Positions 9,712-17,885 are shown, counted from the first letter of the stretch. The stretch: 32,000 bases of DNA from an uncultured Rhodoplanes sp. (GCA_964528635.1 CAZGSW010000004.1:5667-37666); one strand, 5' to 3'. Numbers and translations: made by a program. The notes: generated by a model not told the origin, from the sequence alone.

Positions 9712-10752
9712 ATGATTCTTGTAACCGGTGCGGCAGGACATCTCGGCGCAAATCTGCTGCGCCGTCTTCTGGCGGATGGCGAAACGGTTCGCATCATGCT
9801 CCGGACCGATGCTGAGCGCGCGACCGTCAATGGCCTGCCTGCCGGTATCGTCGTCGGCGATTTGCGCGATACGAACTTTGTCGCGGCAAGCACGCAAGGC
9901 TGCCGACAGATATTTCATTGCGCAGCGCGTGTCTCGACAGACCACAGAGGCAACAGCGACATCTTTGACATTAATGTTCTCGGCGCTCGCAACATCTTGA
10001 AGGCGGCACAGGCTGCCAAAATTGAGAAGGTGGTGGTTACGGGGTCCTTCAGTTCGGTCGGCATCCGCACCGATCGCGCCAGCAACGAGGACGATCCGTA
10101 CAATCCGCTGGACCCGCTGCTGCCCCAACAGTTGCCGTATTGGCGCACCAAGGCTGCCGTCGAGCACGAATGCCTCAAGGCTTTCGCCGAGGGTTTACCC
10201 GTGGTTGTCGCGATATCGACCGGCATTCTCGGTCCGAACGATTACAAGCCGTCTCGTATGGGACGGGTGCTGATCCGCTTCGCGCACGGACAGCTGAGGG
10301 CCTATATGCCCGGCGGAGTGCCCTTCGTCGCCGCCGATGATGTCGTTCAGGGCCACCTGCTGGCCATGCAGAAGGGTCGTCCGGGGCAACGCTACATTTT
10401 CTCGACCGCTGACATGACATTCGACGAATTGATGACAATCTATTCACGCGTTACCGGTCGTCGGGGTCCCCTGTTCCGGTTGCCTCCGTCCCTGATGACG
10501 GCGGCGGCGCATGCCGCCAGCGCACTCATGCCGTATGTCAACCCGCACGGCGAACAGCTTCTCACGCCTGCCGCAGTCCGTCTCCTTGCGCTGCATCGGC
10601 GCGCCGACACGTCGAAGGCGCAGCGCGAACTGGGATTTCGGCCGACCTCCATCGAGGTCGCCATAGAGCAGGCCTACAACTGGTTTTTGTCGCATGGAGT
10701 TATCGAGCCTCCGCCCGCGACCGCAAGCCGATCGGTGGAAGCATGGCGTTAG
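9712..10752 (+). CDS. NAD(P)-dependent extended SDR (3-beta-HSD / epimerase family); candidate sterol C-4 decarboxylase/reductase (SdmB-like) by context
   Basis: 346 aa. SD-like GAGGA upstream. Rossmann motif ILVTGAAGHLGANL. Catalytic YWRTK (YxxxK). Sits between squalene epoxidase and the flavoprotein in the coupled operon. Confidence 0.8.
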   Translation: MILVTGAAGHLGANLLRRLLADGETVRIMLRTDAERATVNGLPAGIVVGDLRDTNFVAASTQGCRQIFHCAARVSTDHRGNSDIFDINVLGARNILKAAQAAKIEKVVVTGSFSSVGIRTDRASNEDDPYNPLDPLLPQQLPYWRTKAAVEHECLKAFAEGLPVVVAISTGILGPNDYKPSRMGRVLIRFAHGQLRAYMPGGVPFVAADDVVQGHLLAMQKGRPGQRYIFSTADMTFDELMTIYSRVTGRRGPLFRLPPSLMTAAAHAASALMPYVNPHGEQLLTPAAVRLLALHRRADTSKAQRELGFRPTSIEVAIEQAYNWFLSHGVIEPPPATASRSVEAWR

Positions 10753-12002
10753 GAACGAAAGAGCATATTCACGACGTGTGCGTGGTCGGCGCAGGACCGG
10801 CGGGCGCGACCTGTGCCTATTATCTCGCACTCCATGGACGCGACGTCGTGATGCTGGAGCGCAAGGCGTTTCCCCGCGACAAGATCTGCGGTGACGCCGT
10901 GACCAGCCAGGCGCAAGTCCATCTGAGGCGGATGGGCGTACTGCAGCAGATCATCGACAACGACGAGGGGCACTTCGCTTCTGTCGGCGGCATGGTCAGC
11001 CCGGCTGGCTACAGTTACATCGCAAAATCGATCGATCACCTGGCATCGACCCAGGTTATTGCCATCAAACGCATGTTTCTCGACGTGCGGATTGCGCGGG
11101 CTGCCGAAACGGCAGGCGCATTGTTGGTCGAGGACTTCAACGTTGCTGACGCGGCATTCGATGCCGCATCTGGTGTCTGGACGATTTCGTCCGACGGCGC
11201 CAAGCACGCAATCCGTGCCCGCGCCCTTGTTGCGGCCGATGGAGCCCTGTCTCGCCTTGCACGGCGGCTGGGCTACGTGTCGGCACCGCCCGATGCGGTG
11301 TGCAGCCGGGCCTATGTGCGCGCCCGCACTACGAACTTCGATGCGGACGGCGTCGCCTACTATCCGAAGGATCTGCTACCTGGCTATTGCGCCATCTTTC
11401 GCGAGGCGCGCGATGAGTTGAATTTCTGCACCTACGTTATTCCAGGCGGCAATGCGATGGTCGACGACCTTCGCACAATGCACCACCGGATCTTGCGAGA
11501 CGATCATCATGTCCGCCGGGCGATCGGCCCCAATGCCGAGATTGACCCGATGAAGGGCGCGCCGCTCCGCTGCGGTGGTATCGAACGCAGCTATGGCGAC
11601 CACTTCGTCATCGTGGGAGATGCCGCCGGGCACATCGATCCTTTGACCGGCGAAGGCATCCAGTACGGCATGGACGCCGGCCAGTATGCGGCCGATACGC
11701 TGCACGAGGCTCTCGCAGCGGACGATTTGAGAGCACCGTCGTTGAAGGTCTATCAGGATCGTTGGGTGAAGCAGTTTGGACGCGACTTCGCCTGGTCGGC
11801 GTCCGTCGCCCGCATCTATTTGCGCTTCCCTGCCCTGCTCGATGCCAGTGCTCTGGCACTCCAGCGTCTTGGGCCCCCGTTGCTCGCGCGATGGGGGGAG
11901 ATCATGACAGGAGCGCGGCCAAAGACCGATTTCCTCAAGCCAGGCCTCTGGGCCCCCATCATGCGCGACCTGGTCGCGCTGCAGCTACGGTCTTCCACGT
12001 GA
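10743..12002 (+). CDS. geranylgeranyl-reductase-family FAD-dependent oxidoreductase; substrate unknown
   Basis: 419 aa. DVCVVGAGPAGATCAYYL (FAD), FPRDKICGDAV (GGR-type Cys motif), AADGALSRLAR, VGDAAGHIDPLTGEGIQYGMDAG. Overlaps the upstream gene by 10 nt and the downstream SMT by 4 nt. Confidence 0.8.
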   Translation: MALGTKEHIHDVCVVGAGPAGATCAYYLALHGRDVVMLERKAFPRDKICGDAVTSQAQVHLRRMGVLQQIIDNDEGHFASVGGMVSPAGYSYIAKSIDHLASTQVIAIKRMFLDVRIARAAETAGALLVEDFNVADAAFDAASGVWTISSDGAKHAIRARALVAADGALSRLARRLGYVSAPPDAVCSRAYVRARTTNFDADGVAYYPKDLLPGYCAIFREARDELNFCTYVIPGGNAMVDDLRTMHHRILRDDHHVRRAIGPNAEIDPMKGAPLRCGGIERSYGDHFVIVGDAAGHIDPLTGEGIQYGMDAGQYAADTLHEALAADDLRAPSLKVYQDRWVKQFGRDFAWSASVARIYLRFPALLDASALALQRLGPPLLARWGEIMTGARPKTDFLKPGLWAPIMRDLVALQLRSST

Positions 12003-13027
12003 GCACCCAGGACAAGGCCCCTGGTCTGGTCCAATTGCTGGGCAGGATGTCGCGGCGCGACCGCGTCTACCAGCGGACCGGCGAATATCTTGCCAGCCAT
12101 GGCGTTACGGCCGGCGCCGCCGGACGCGCCTCCCGCTACGCCGACGTAGTGAATGGCTACTTCGACCTCAGCACCGACTTTTACGAATTCGGGTGGGGTC
12201 AATCTTTTCATTTCGCCCAGCAGGCCAAAGGCGAAAATTTCCGGGATGCTATCATTCGTCATGAGCGCCGCCTGGTGGACACCTTGCAGCTTCGTCCCCA
12301 AATGACAGTGCTCGACGTCGGGTGCGGTGTCGGCGGTCCGATGCGCAACATTGCGCGAATGTCGGGCTGCTCGGTCGTTGGGATCAACAACAACACCTAT
12401 CAGGTGACCCGCGCCGGCCTGGCGAATGCTGACGCGGACCTGTCAGGCCGGTGCAGCGTTGTCCCGGGCGATTTCATGGCGATGGCTTTTCCGAACAGTT
12501 CGTTCGACGCAGCCTATGCCATTGAGGCGACCGTCCATGCTCCCGACTGGACAGGAGTCTTTCGCGAGGCCAACCGATGCCTGAAGCCTGGTGGCGGGTT
12601 TGCACTTTACGACTGGTGCATGACGGACCGGTATGACGACGGCAACTCATTTCATCGCGATCTGAAGCAGCGCATTATCGAGGGCAACGGCCTTGTCGAC
12701 ATCGGCACGTCGCAGCAATTGATTGCAGCAGTCCGTGCGGCCGGTTTCGAGATCATCGAACACCGCGATGCGGCAAGCGACGGCGGGGAGCCGTGGTATC
12801 AGCCGCTGGCACAGAGCGGACTATCGCTGTCATCGTTTCGTGCGTCGGTTTTCGGACGCAAATTGACGCGAGCTGCCCTGCAAACGATGGAGCTGCTCCG
12901 GCTTGCACCGGGCGGAGCTGCCGATATGGTGACCTTCCTCGACAAGGCGGCCGTGGCTTTGGTCGATAGCGGCAGAGCCGGTGTCTTTACACCGATGTAC
13001 TTTGTTCACGCTCGAAAGCGCGATTGA
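11999..13027 (+). CDS. sterol C-24 methyltransferase (ERG6/SMT family)
   Basis: SMT signature regions are present: YFDLSTDFYEFGWGQSFHFA, SAM site VLDVGCGVGGPMRNIARMSGCSVVGINNNTYQV, AYAIEATVHAP, LKPGGGFALYDWCMTDRYDDGNSFHRDLKQRIIEGNG. The start is either GTG 11999 (GTGA overlap with the upstream stop) or ATG 12047. Confidence 0.9.
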   Translation: MSTQDKAPGLVQLLGRMSRRDRVYQRTGEYLASHGVTAGAAGRASRYADVVNGYFDLSTDFYEFGWGQSFHFAQQAKGENFRDAIIRHERRLVDTLQLRPQMTVLDVGCGVGGPMRNIARMSGCSVVGINNNTYQVTRAGLANADADLSGRCSVVPGDFMAMAFPNSSFDAAYAIEATVHAPDWTGVFREANRCLKPGGGFALYDWCMTDRYDDGNSFHRDLKQRIIEGNGLVDIGTSQQLIAAVRAAGFEIIEHRDAASDGGEPWYQPLAQSGLSLSSFRASVFGRKLTRAALQTMELLRLAPGGAADMVTFLDKAAVALVDSGRAGVFTPMYFVHARKRD

Positions 13028-13124
13028 CCGAACGCCATAGGCGTGAAAGGCGTTCCCAGGCGCGCCGCGCTACTTAGGCACTGTCGAGCCATCCGCCGGA
13101 CTGTTCGGTGCCGGCAGCCGTCGT

Positions 13125-16100
13125 TCACCGGACCCGTCGACAGTTGCTTCCGGCTACCGGATATGGCGACGGAAACGTCGATGTGCTGGCGACGCCCATA
13201 ATCGAGTAGCTGACAGAGGTGCAGATATATTGGCCCGCGGCAGTCGGCTGACGCTGGCCAGGCGGGCGATGCACTGGAGGTGGACGGCGAACCTCCTGCG
13301 GCGTGGTGCAATTCCACCGGCCATTGCCGGCATAGCTTGTAGCGCGTGAGCGGACATGAACTTGCGTCTGACAGGCCCGATGACCGTCCGCCCAGGTGGG
13401 TGGCCTGCACTTGCGGTCGCGCATGACGTAACCGCCGCTGCATCCGCACTTATAGGTCGAGTTGGGATTGACAGCCATGGCATAGGCCTTGGTCCCGAAT
13501 TCGGTTTGGCATACCGGGTGTCCATCGGCGATCGTCTTTGGCCGCTGAACACAAACGGCAAGAATTTTGTCCAAGACGTAGCCGCTGTTGCATAGGCACA
13601 TCGGAGAAGCCGACATGGCCGTCGCCGGATCGATGTGGGCATTCGTACCGATCTGGAGCTTGCAGCGGTTATCCAAATCCGCGATTTTTTCGTTCTTTTC
13701 ACGATCCCGGCAGGTGCTGAGGGCCTGTATGAGGCGTTGCTTGACGCCACTGGCCGCCGGATTTGAGACTTCTTCCAGCGCCGCCCGCCAGCGCTCGATG
13801 CCCTCGACTTTGCAGGCGGTGACGGCCTGTTCGGCGTTGTTGATAGCGGTGCGAAGCTGGTCGATCCGGCTCAACGCGTTCGTCAGACGCTCGCGCAACT
13901 CGGCGCAGGAGGTGCCGTTCAGGCTTGCAAGCGCGCGCCGCGTCGTACTTTCGGCGGCGCTCAGATCTCCTGCGGCGAAACTTGCCCTGGCTCGCTCAAA
14001 GGCTGCGCTGGCATGGGTAATGGTCTCGCCTTTGGTGAACAGAGAAGTCAGCATCAGATGGGAGATGGATGCGTAACGATCCTTGAGACGGGCCACCTCC
14101 GTTGAGTCGCAGCGACCGATCGCACCGCTCACTTCCGACATGATGCTATCCAGGCGTTCGACCCTGGACATTCCTGTGGCGACCTTTCCAGCAAGTGCGA
14201 TGCAATCGACGCCATTGCCAATCCCGTCCAGCGCGGTTCTCGCGCGTCCTAGATCGGCCCTGGCGTCGTCCATTTTTCCGGCGTTGTAGGCCTGCTGCGC
14301 ATTTGCATAGGCGGCTTGCGCCTGGCTGACCGCTGCGGCGATCGGCTCGAGTCTGGCAATCTGTTCCCTGGCCGCATCGGAGCCATCGTCACGCAGCTTT
14401 GCCAGAATGTCGGCGTTCTGTTGCGGCTGGCAGGTCAGAGCAGCCACGGGCTTTGGTTTCAGCCATGCTTCGTTGAAGGCGACAAGTGCCTCGGCGGCGC
14501 ATCGCTCCATGCGAGCGATGGCTTCGCTCGTCGTCGATCTGATCGCATCGGGATCGAGCGTTGGCGACTGGGCTGCGGTTTCCGGGAGCGCAGGTACCGC
14601 TGCTCCGGCCGGGCATTTCGCGTCGATCCGGGCGATCACGCCACGCAATGCGTCCGGCGGCGGACTGAGGATCATGCTTCTTGACTGCCACGGCGCCATA
14701 TTCCTTGGCGCGCCATCCCCGCGGGGCGGGTCGATATCCTCTTTGGTCCAGCTTTCCTGAATCAGGGCATTGCACCCGATGTTGCTTGAGTTTCTCGTCA
14801 GCAGGCCGGCCAGGATCGTGCGCGGGCGCTCCCCGGCCGGCGACGCGGCAAGAGGCTGGAGGCAGGTCTTGATATCGTCGATGGACACCTTCACCGGCTG
14901 TTGCAGGTCGAAGACGTGCTTTTGCGCATCAGCCATGGCGCTGTGCGCGACCGTAAACCGGCCTCGGGCGCTGCCAAACTCACCGACGATACCATCGAGT
15001 TCACTTCGTATCGCGGCGAGCCGGGATTGCACCTTGGCACGCGCAGCAATCGCTAGCGCCGACGACGGCGGCGGTTGGGCGGCGCTATCGCTCGCCTTGA
15101 GGCCTGCAATTTCGCCGGCACCGGCCGTCAGTTCTCGTGCGACTATCTGCGCTTCGCGGGCGGTGGCAAGCGCGTCGTCCAGGTGAGCGCGCGCTTCCGC
15201 CTTGTTCTTGGCTTTACGGATTTCCTCCGGCGCAGCACAAACGGACTCCACCGCAGCATTCAACGCCGCGCTGTCCCTGGCGACTGACGCAGCGAGCCTC
15301 GCCGATTTCGCCGCATTGTCGCTGGCGGTCGTGTCCGGCGCCGGCAATTCGCACGCCGATGTATCCATTAATTCCAATCGCATGCGCAGATTGCTAGTCC
15401 GCGCCGACAGGTTGCCGCCGACCTCGAGTGCCTGCCGGGCCATAAGCTTGTTCTGCTCGTACCGTGAACAGTAATTGGCAATTCGGTGAGAAAGGCTTGC
15501 AATATGGTTCAGGTCGCCGTCGATCGCGGCCAGCGTTTCATCAAGTTTCTTTTCGAGCTCGAGAAGCTGCGCAGACAGTCCGTCCCATTGCTTGTCATCG
15601 AGCAAAGAGCCCGCAAGTTCATTCAGGCGGGCGTCCGTCAACGCGCCCGCAATTTGAGCCACCTCGGACATTTCCTTGTTCATCTCGGCCAGCTGAGGTT
15701 CAATGGCCTGCCCTATGGTCCTGCGCTGCGCGGCGATTTGGCGTGCCTTGGCGGCAATCCATCCGACCGGTGTCGACGCGTGGGGAAGTCCGCGTCGGTT
15801 GGCTTCAAGGAACTCCTTCAGGGCAAGGCCTTTATCGATGTCCATCTCTTGCGCCTGGTTGCCGAACTCGAACATGGCGGAAAATTTCGCATTCACGATG
15901 CAACCGTCGAAGGCCTCATAGGCGTCCGCGACATTGGTGGTGCGCGCGTATTCTTCCTTGTATTTGTCGATGCAGGGGCCGTCGCCGTGCGTCCAACTCG
16001 TCCGCAGGTAATTGGTGCCCCACTCGATCAGCGCAAATTCGGCATCGACAAGTTTGAGATAGATGTCGCCGGGAGTCAGCGCCGCCATTTTTGATGCAAA

Positions 16101-17129
16101 CAGATCTTGGGCCATTTTGGACGGCAAAAAATCGCCAATAGTGGCGGCACCTTTGCTGAGATCACCGAACCGGCTCGTCTTGCCAGCCTTGTTGACCTTT
16201 CCGGCAAAGCCGCCAATGCCGGCGACGCCGCCGAGATTATTCATAGTTGTCAGGGTGGAATTGAAATCATAGTTGTTGGCACTGAACGCAAAATTGATGG
16301 CGGCTTTCATGAGATCGCGGGTTTGGGCTTTGCCTTCCGCTTTCAATTCTTCGGTTATGATTTTCATGGCGTCGCTGCCGGATCCGCCATTTTTGAGCGC
16401 CAGCAATACGCGCTTGGCGGCGCCGGCATGTTTGACACCCCGGTCCCAGATGACCTTTGCATTGACCATCTTTTTTTCCTTGAGGACATCGCTCACGATG
16501 GTGGCGAAACTCAGCGCGCCCAAGTCGGCGCCGTGATCCACCACGGTGTAGTAGTCGCCAGCCGAAAGCGCGCCGGCAATTTCTCCCATTGCCGACGGGT
16601 TGGCCTTGATTGCGTCGTAAATGGCCCGCGCATACTTCGCTTTATAAGCTTCGATCAGGCTGGGTTTCGTGCGCTTTATCTCTTCGTCGATCAATTGACC
16701 GAGCGGTTTTCCCTTGCCTGACGCAAGCACCGCGCTGCCATCTGCCGCCCTGTCAAAAATGCGACTGGTCACAGAAGCCTTGTCGCGCTCCATTCGGTCT
16801 CTTGTAAAGATCCGCCGCTTCAGGTCTTCGGCCTTTTTCCGGGCTTCCGACTTTTCCAGGGTCTTCACGACGGCGGCATGGGCGGTCGTCAATTCCTGGC
16901 GCATCCACTCCAGCACCTGATCATGCTGGCTGGAATTGAGCATCTTGATCGGGTCACCGGCGTTACGCAGGTTGTCGCCGGGACTGGAGCTCCTGCCCAG
17001 CAAGTTCATCAACGTTTCGGCGAATGTCGCCCGCGGCAGCGCCGGGCAACTATTGGCAGCCTGCGACGAGTTGACGGGCCAACAGACAATTCCGATCGCC
17101 AGTAATGATACCAAACTTTTCAAGCGCAT
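13125..17129 (-). CDS. very large secreted protein: N-terminal unknown domain, long Ala-rich helical repeat region, Cys-rich C-terminal modules
   Basis: 1334-aa uninterrupted ORF. Signal peptide MRLKSLVSLLAIGIVCWPVNSSQA. Internal ~70-aa repeats (AQAAYANAQQAYNAGKMDDARADLGRARTALDG...C versus ASAAFERARASFAAGDLSAAESTTRRALASLNG..C). C-terminal CxC-x2-GYV modules. Starts 13 nt after the upstream gene. Confidence 0.8.
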   Translation of the reverse strand: MRLKSLVSLLAIGIVCWPVNSSQAANSCPALPRATFAETLMNLLGRSSSPGDNLRNAGDPIKMLNSSQHDQVLEWMRQELTTAHAAVVKTLEKSEARKKAEDLKRRIFTRDRMERDKASVTSRIFDRAADGSAVLASGKGKPLGQLIDEEIKRTKPSLIEAYKAKYARAIYDAIKANPSAMGEIAGALSAGDYYTVVDHGADLGALSFATIVSDVLKEKKMVNAKVIWDRGVKHAGAAKRVLLALKNGGSGSDAMKIITEELKAEGKAQTRDLMKAAINFAFSANNYDFNSTLTTMNNLGGVAGIGGFAGKVNKAGKTSRFGDLSKGAATIGDFLPSKMAQDLFASKMAALTPGDIYLKLVDAEFALIEWGTNYLRTSWTHGDGPCIDKYKEEYARTTNVADAYEAFDGCIVNAKFSAMFEFGNQAQEMDIDKGLALKEFLEANRRGLPHASTPVGWIAAKARQIAAQRRTIGQAIEPQLAEMNKEMSEVAQIAGALTDARLNELAGSLLDDKQWDGLSAQLLELEKKLDETLAAIDGDLNHIASLSHRIANYCSRYEQNKLMARQALEVGGNLSARTSNLRMRLELMDTSACELPAPDTTASDNAAKSARLAASVARDSAALNAAVESVCAAPEEIRKAKNKAEARAHLDDALATAREAQIVARELTAGAGEIAGLKASDSAAQPPPSSALAIAARAKVQSRLAAIRSELDGIVGEFGSARGRFTVAHSAMADAQKHVFDLQQPVKVSIDDIKTCLQPLAASPAGERPRTILAGLLTRNSSNIGCNALIQESWTKEDIDPPRGDGAPRNMAPWQSRSMILSPPPDALRGVIARIDAKCPAGAAVPALPETAAQSPTLDPDAIRSTTSEAIARMERCAAEALVAFNEAWLKPKPVAALTCQPQQNADILAKLRDDGSDAAREQIARLEPIAAAVSQAQAAYANAQQAYNAGKMDDARADLGRARTALDGIGNGVDCIALAGKVATGMSRVERLDSIMSEVSGAIGRCDSTEVARLKDRYASISHLMLTSLFTKGETITHASAAFERARASFAAGDLSAAESTTRRALASLNGTSCAELRERLTNALSRIDQLRTAINNAEQAVTACKVEGIERWRAALEEVSNPAASGVKQRLIQALSTCRDREKNEKIADLDNRCKLQIGTNAHIDPATAMSASPMCLCNSGYVLDKILAVCVQRPKTIADGHPVCQTEFGTKAYAMAVNPNSTYKCGCSGGYVMRDRKCRPPTWADGHRACQTQVHVRSRATSYAGNGRWNCTTPQEVRRPPPVHRPPGQRQPTAAGQYICTSVSYSIMGVASTSTFPSPYPVAGSNCRRVR

Positions 17130-17142
17130 TGGTACGAAACCT

Positions 17143-17688
17143 TCAGTCCAAACTATTGAGGTCTTTCAAATTGGCGGGCGGGGGCGCGGGCACCGTAGTG
17201 GCCCGTTGCGCCGGCTGAGGTGAAACTGTTCGCGGCGGGGAGCCCTGAGCGGACTGGCTCATAGCCCGCAGTCCCGTTATCAACTTTTCGCTCATTTCGC
17301 CTCGACGGAACATCCAGTTTTGACAAAAGGATGTGGTCAGGCCCGTCGCATTTGGCGCGCGACGCACCGACAATGTGTAGGTCGCGCCAGGCGTGAATTT
17401 GACGCCGCAAGACGCCGACAAGCCGCTGCGATGGTGCACCGTGACAGTCGCCTTTACCGAAGTGCCTTTGAATGGCTCGACCACTTCGAAGCTTGTAATT
17501 GAACTGCCGCGCTCGGCGGCCACGGTGCTGCGCGCGATGCCGGTAAACACCGCATCGGAGTGCTCGTAAATGCTCTGGGCGGTCGGCTGGCGCGGGCATG
17601 AGCAGGCGGCGGCAAAGTCGAGCGGTAATATTGCGCCGATCGCCGCGGCAACAAAAAAGGCAAAGGTATTGCGTGAAAAACACGGCAT
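17143..17688 (-). CDS. secreted protein with a TIMP/netrin (NTR)-like N-terminus (mature end Cys-x-Cys)
   Basis: Start taken at ATG 17688 (MPCFSRNTFAFFVAAAIGAILPLDFAAA). The predicted mature N-terminus CSCPRQPTAQSIYEHSDAVFTGIA...FEVVEPFKG parallels the TIMP start [25 protein letters not shown]...KG. Pro-rich C-terminal tail. Confidence 0.55.
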   Translation of the reverse strand: MPCFSRNTFAFFVAAAIGAILPLDFAAACSCPRQPTAQSIYEHSDAVFTGIARSTVAAERGSSITSFEVVEPFKGTSVKATVTVHHRSGLSASCGVKFTPGATYTLSVRRAPNATGLTTSFCQNWMFRRGEMSEKLITGLRAMSQSAQGSPPRTVSPQPAQRATTVPAPPPANLKDLNSLD

Positions 17689-17885
17689 GGAGTATGTACC
17701 CTTGCGATTCTTGCTCCGTTCGTCCGGAGCGCTTCGTCCACCTTCCGCACCGTGAACCTGCACGAGGCCGAGCCAAAAAGCAGCGCCCCGCCTTGGTACA
17801 AAGGTACCAGTGTCTCGGCGACTGAACGCCCAATAAACGATTCACACCGCCGCCATTTCGAGGGAGACCGTTGCGGCGCGATTTG

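Noticed and set aside
5518-9893. Antisense or off-frame ORFs across the sterol operon (5518-6246 minus, 6287-7024 minus, 7777-8511 plus, 7898-8449 minus, 8711-9472 plus, 9204-9893 minus).
   Set aside because: They are low-complexity Arg/Ala/Pro-rich translations that overlap genes with unambiguous family motifs. They are shadow ORFs.
11762-11998. N-terminal 79-codon extension of the SMT ORF.
   Set aside because: It overlaps the 3' end of the flavoprotein gene and has Arg/Pro-rich composition. GTG 11999 (GTGA coupling) or ATG 12047 gives a normal SMT N-terminus.
13030-13056. Inverted repeat GAACGCC...GGCGTTC between the convergent SMT and giant-protein genes, considered as a bidirectional terminator.
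   Set aside because: It has a 12-nt loop, competing inner pairing and no flanking T or A tract. That is not enough to call a terminator.
13588-16721. Series of plus-strand ORFs (13588-14076, 15464-16057, 15486-16094, 16107-16721 and others) opposite the 1334-aa gene.
   Set aside because: They are fragmented and mutually overlapping, with no start context. The uninterrupted 4-kb minus-strand frame with a signal peptide is the far better explanation.
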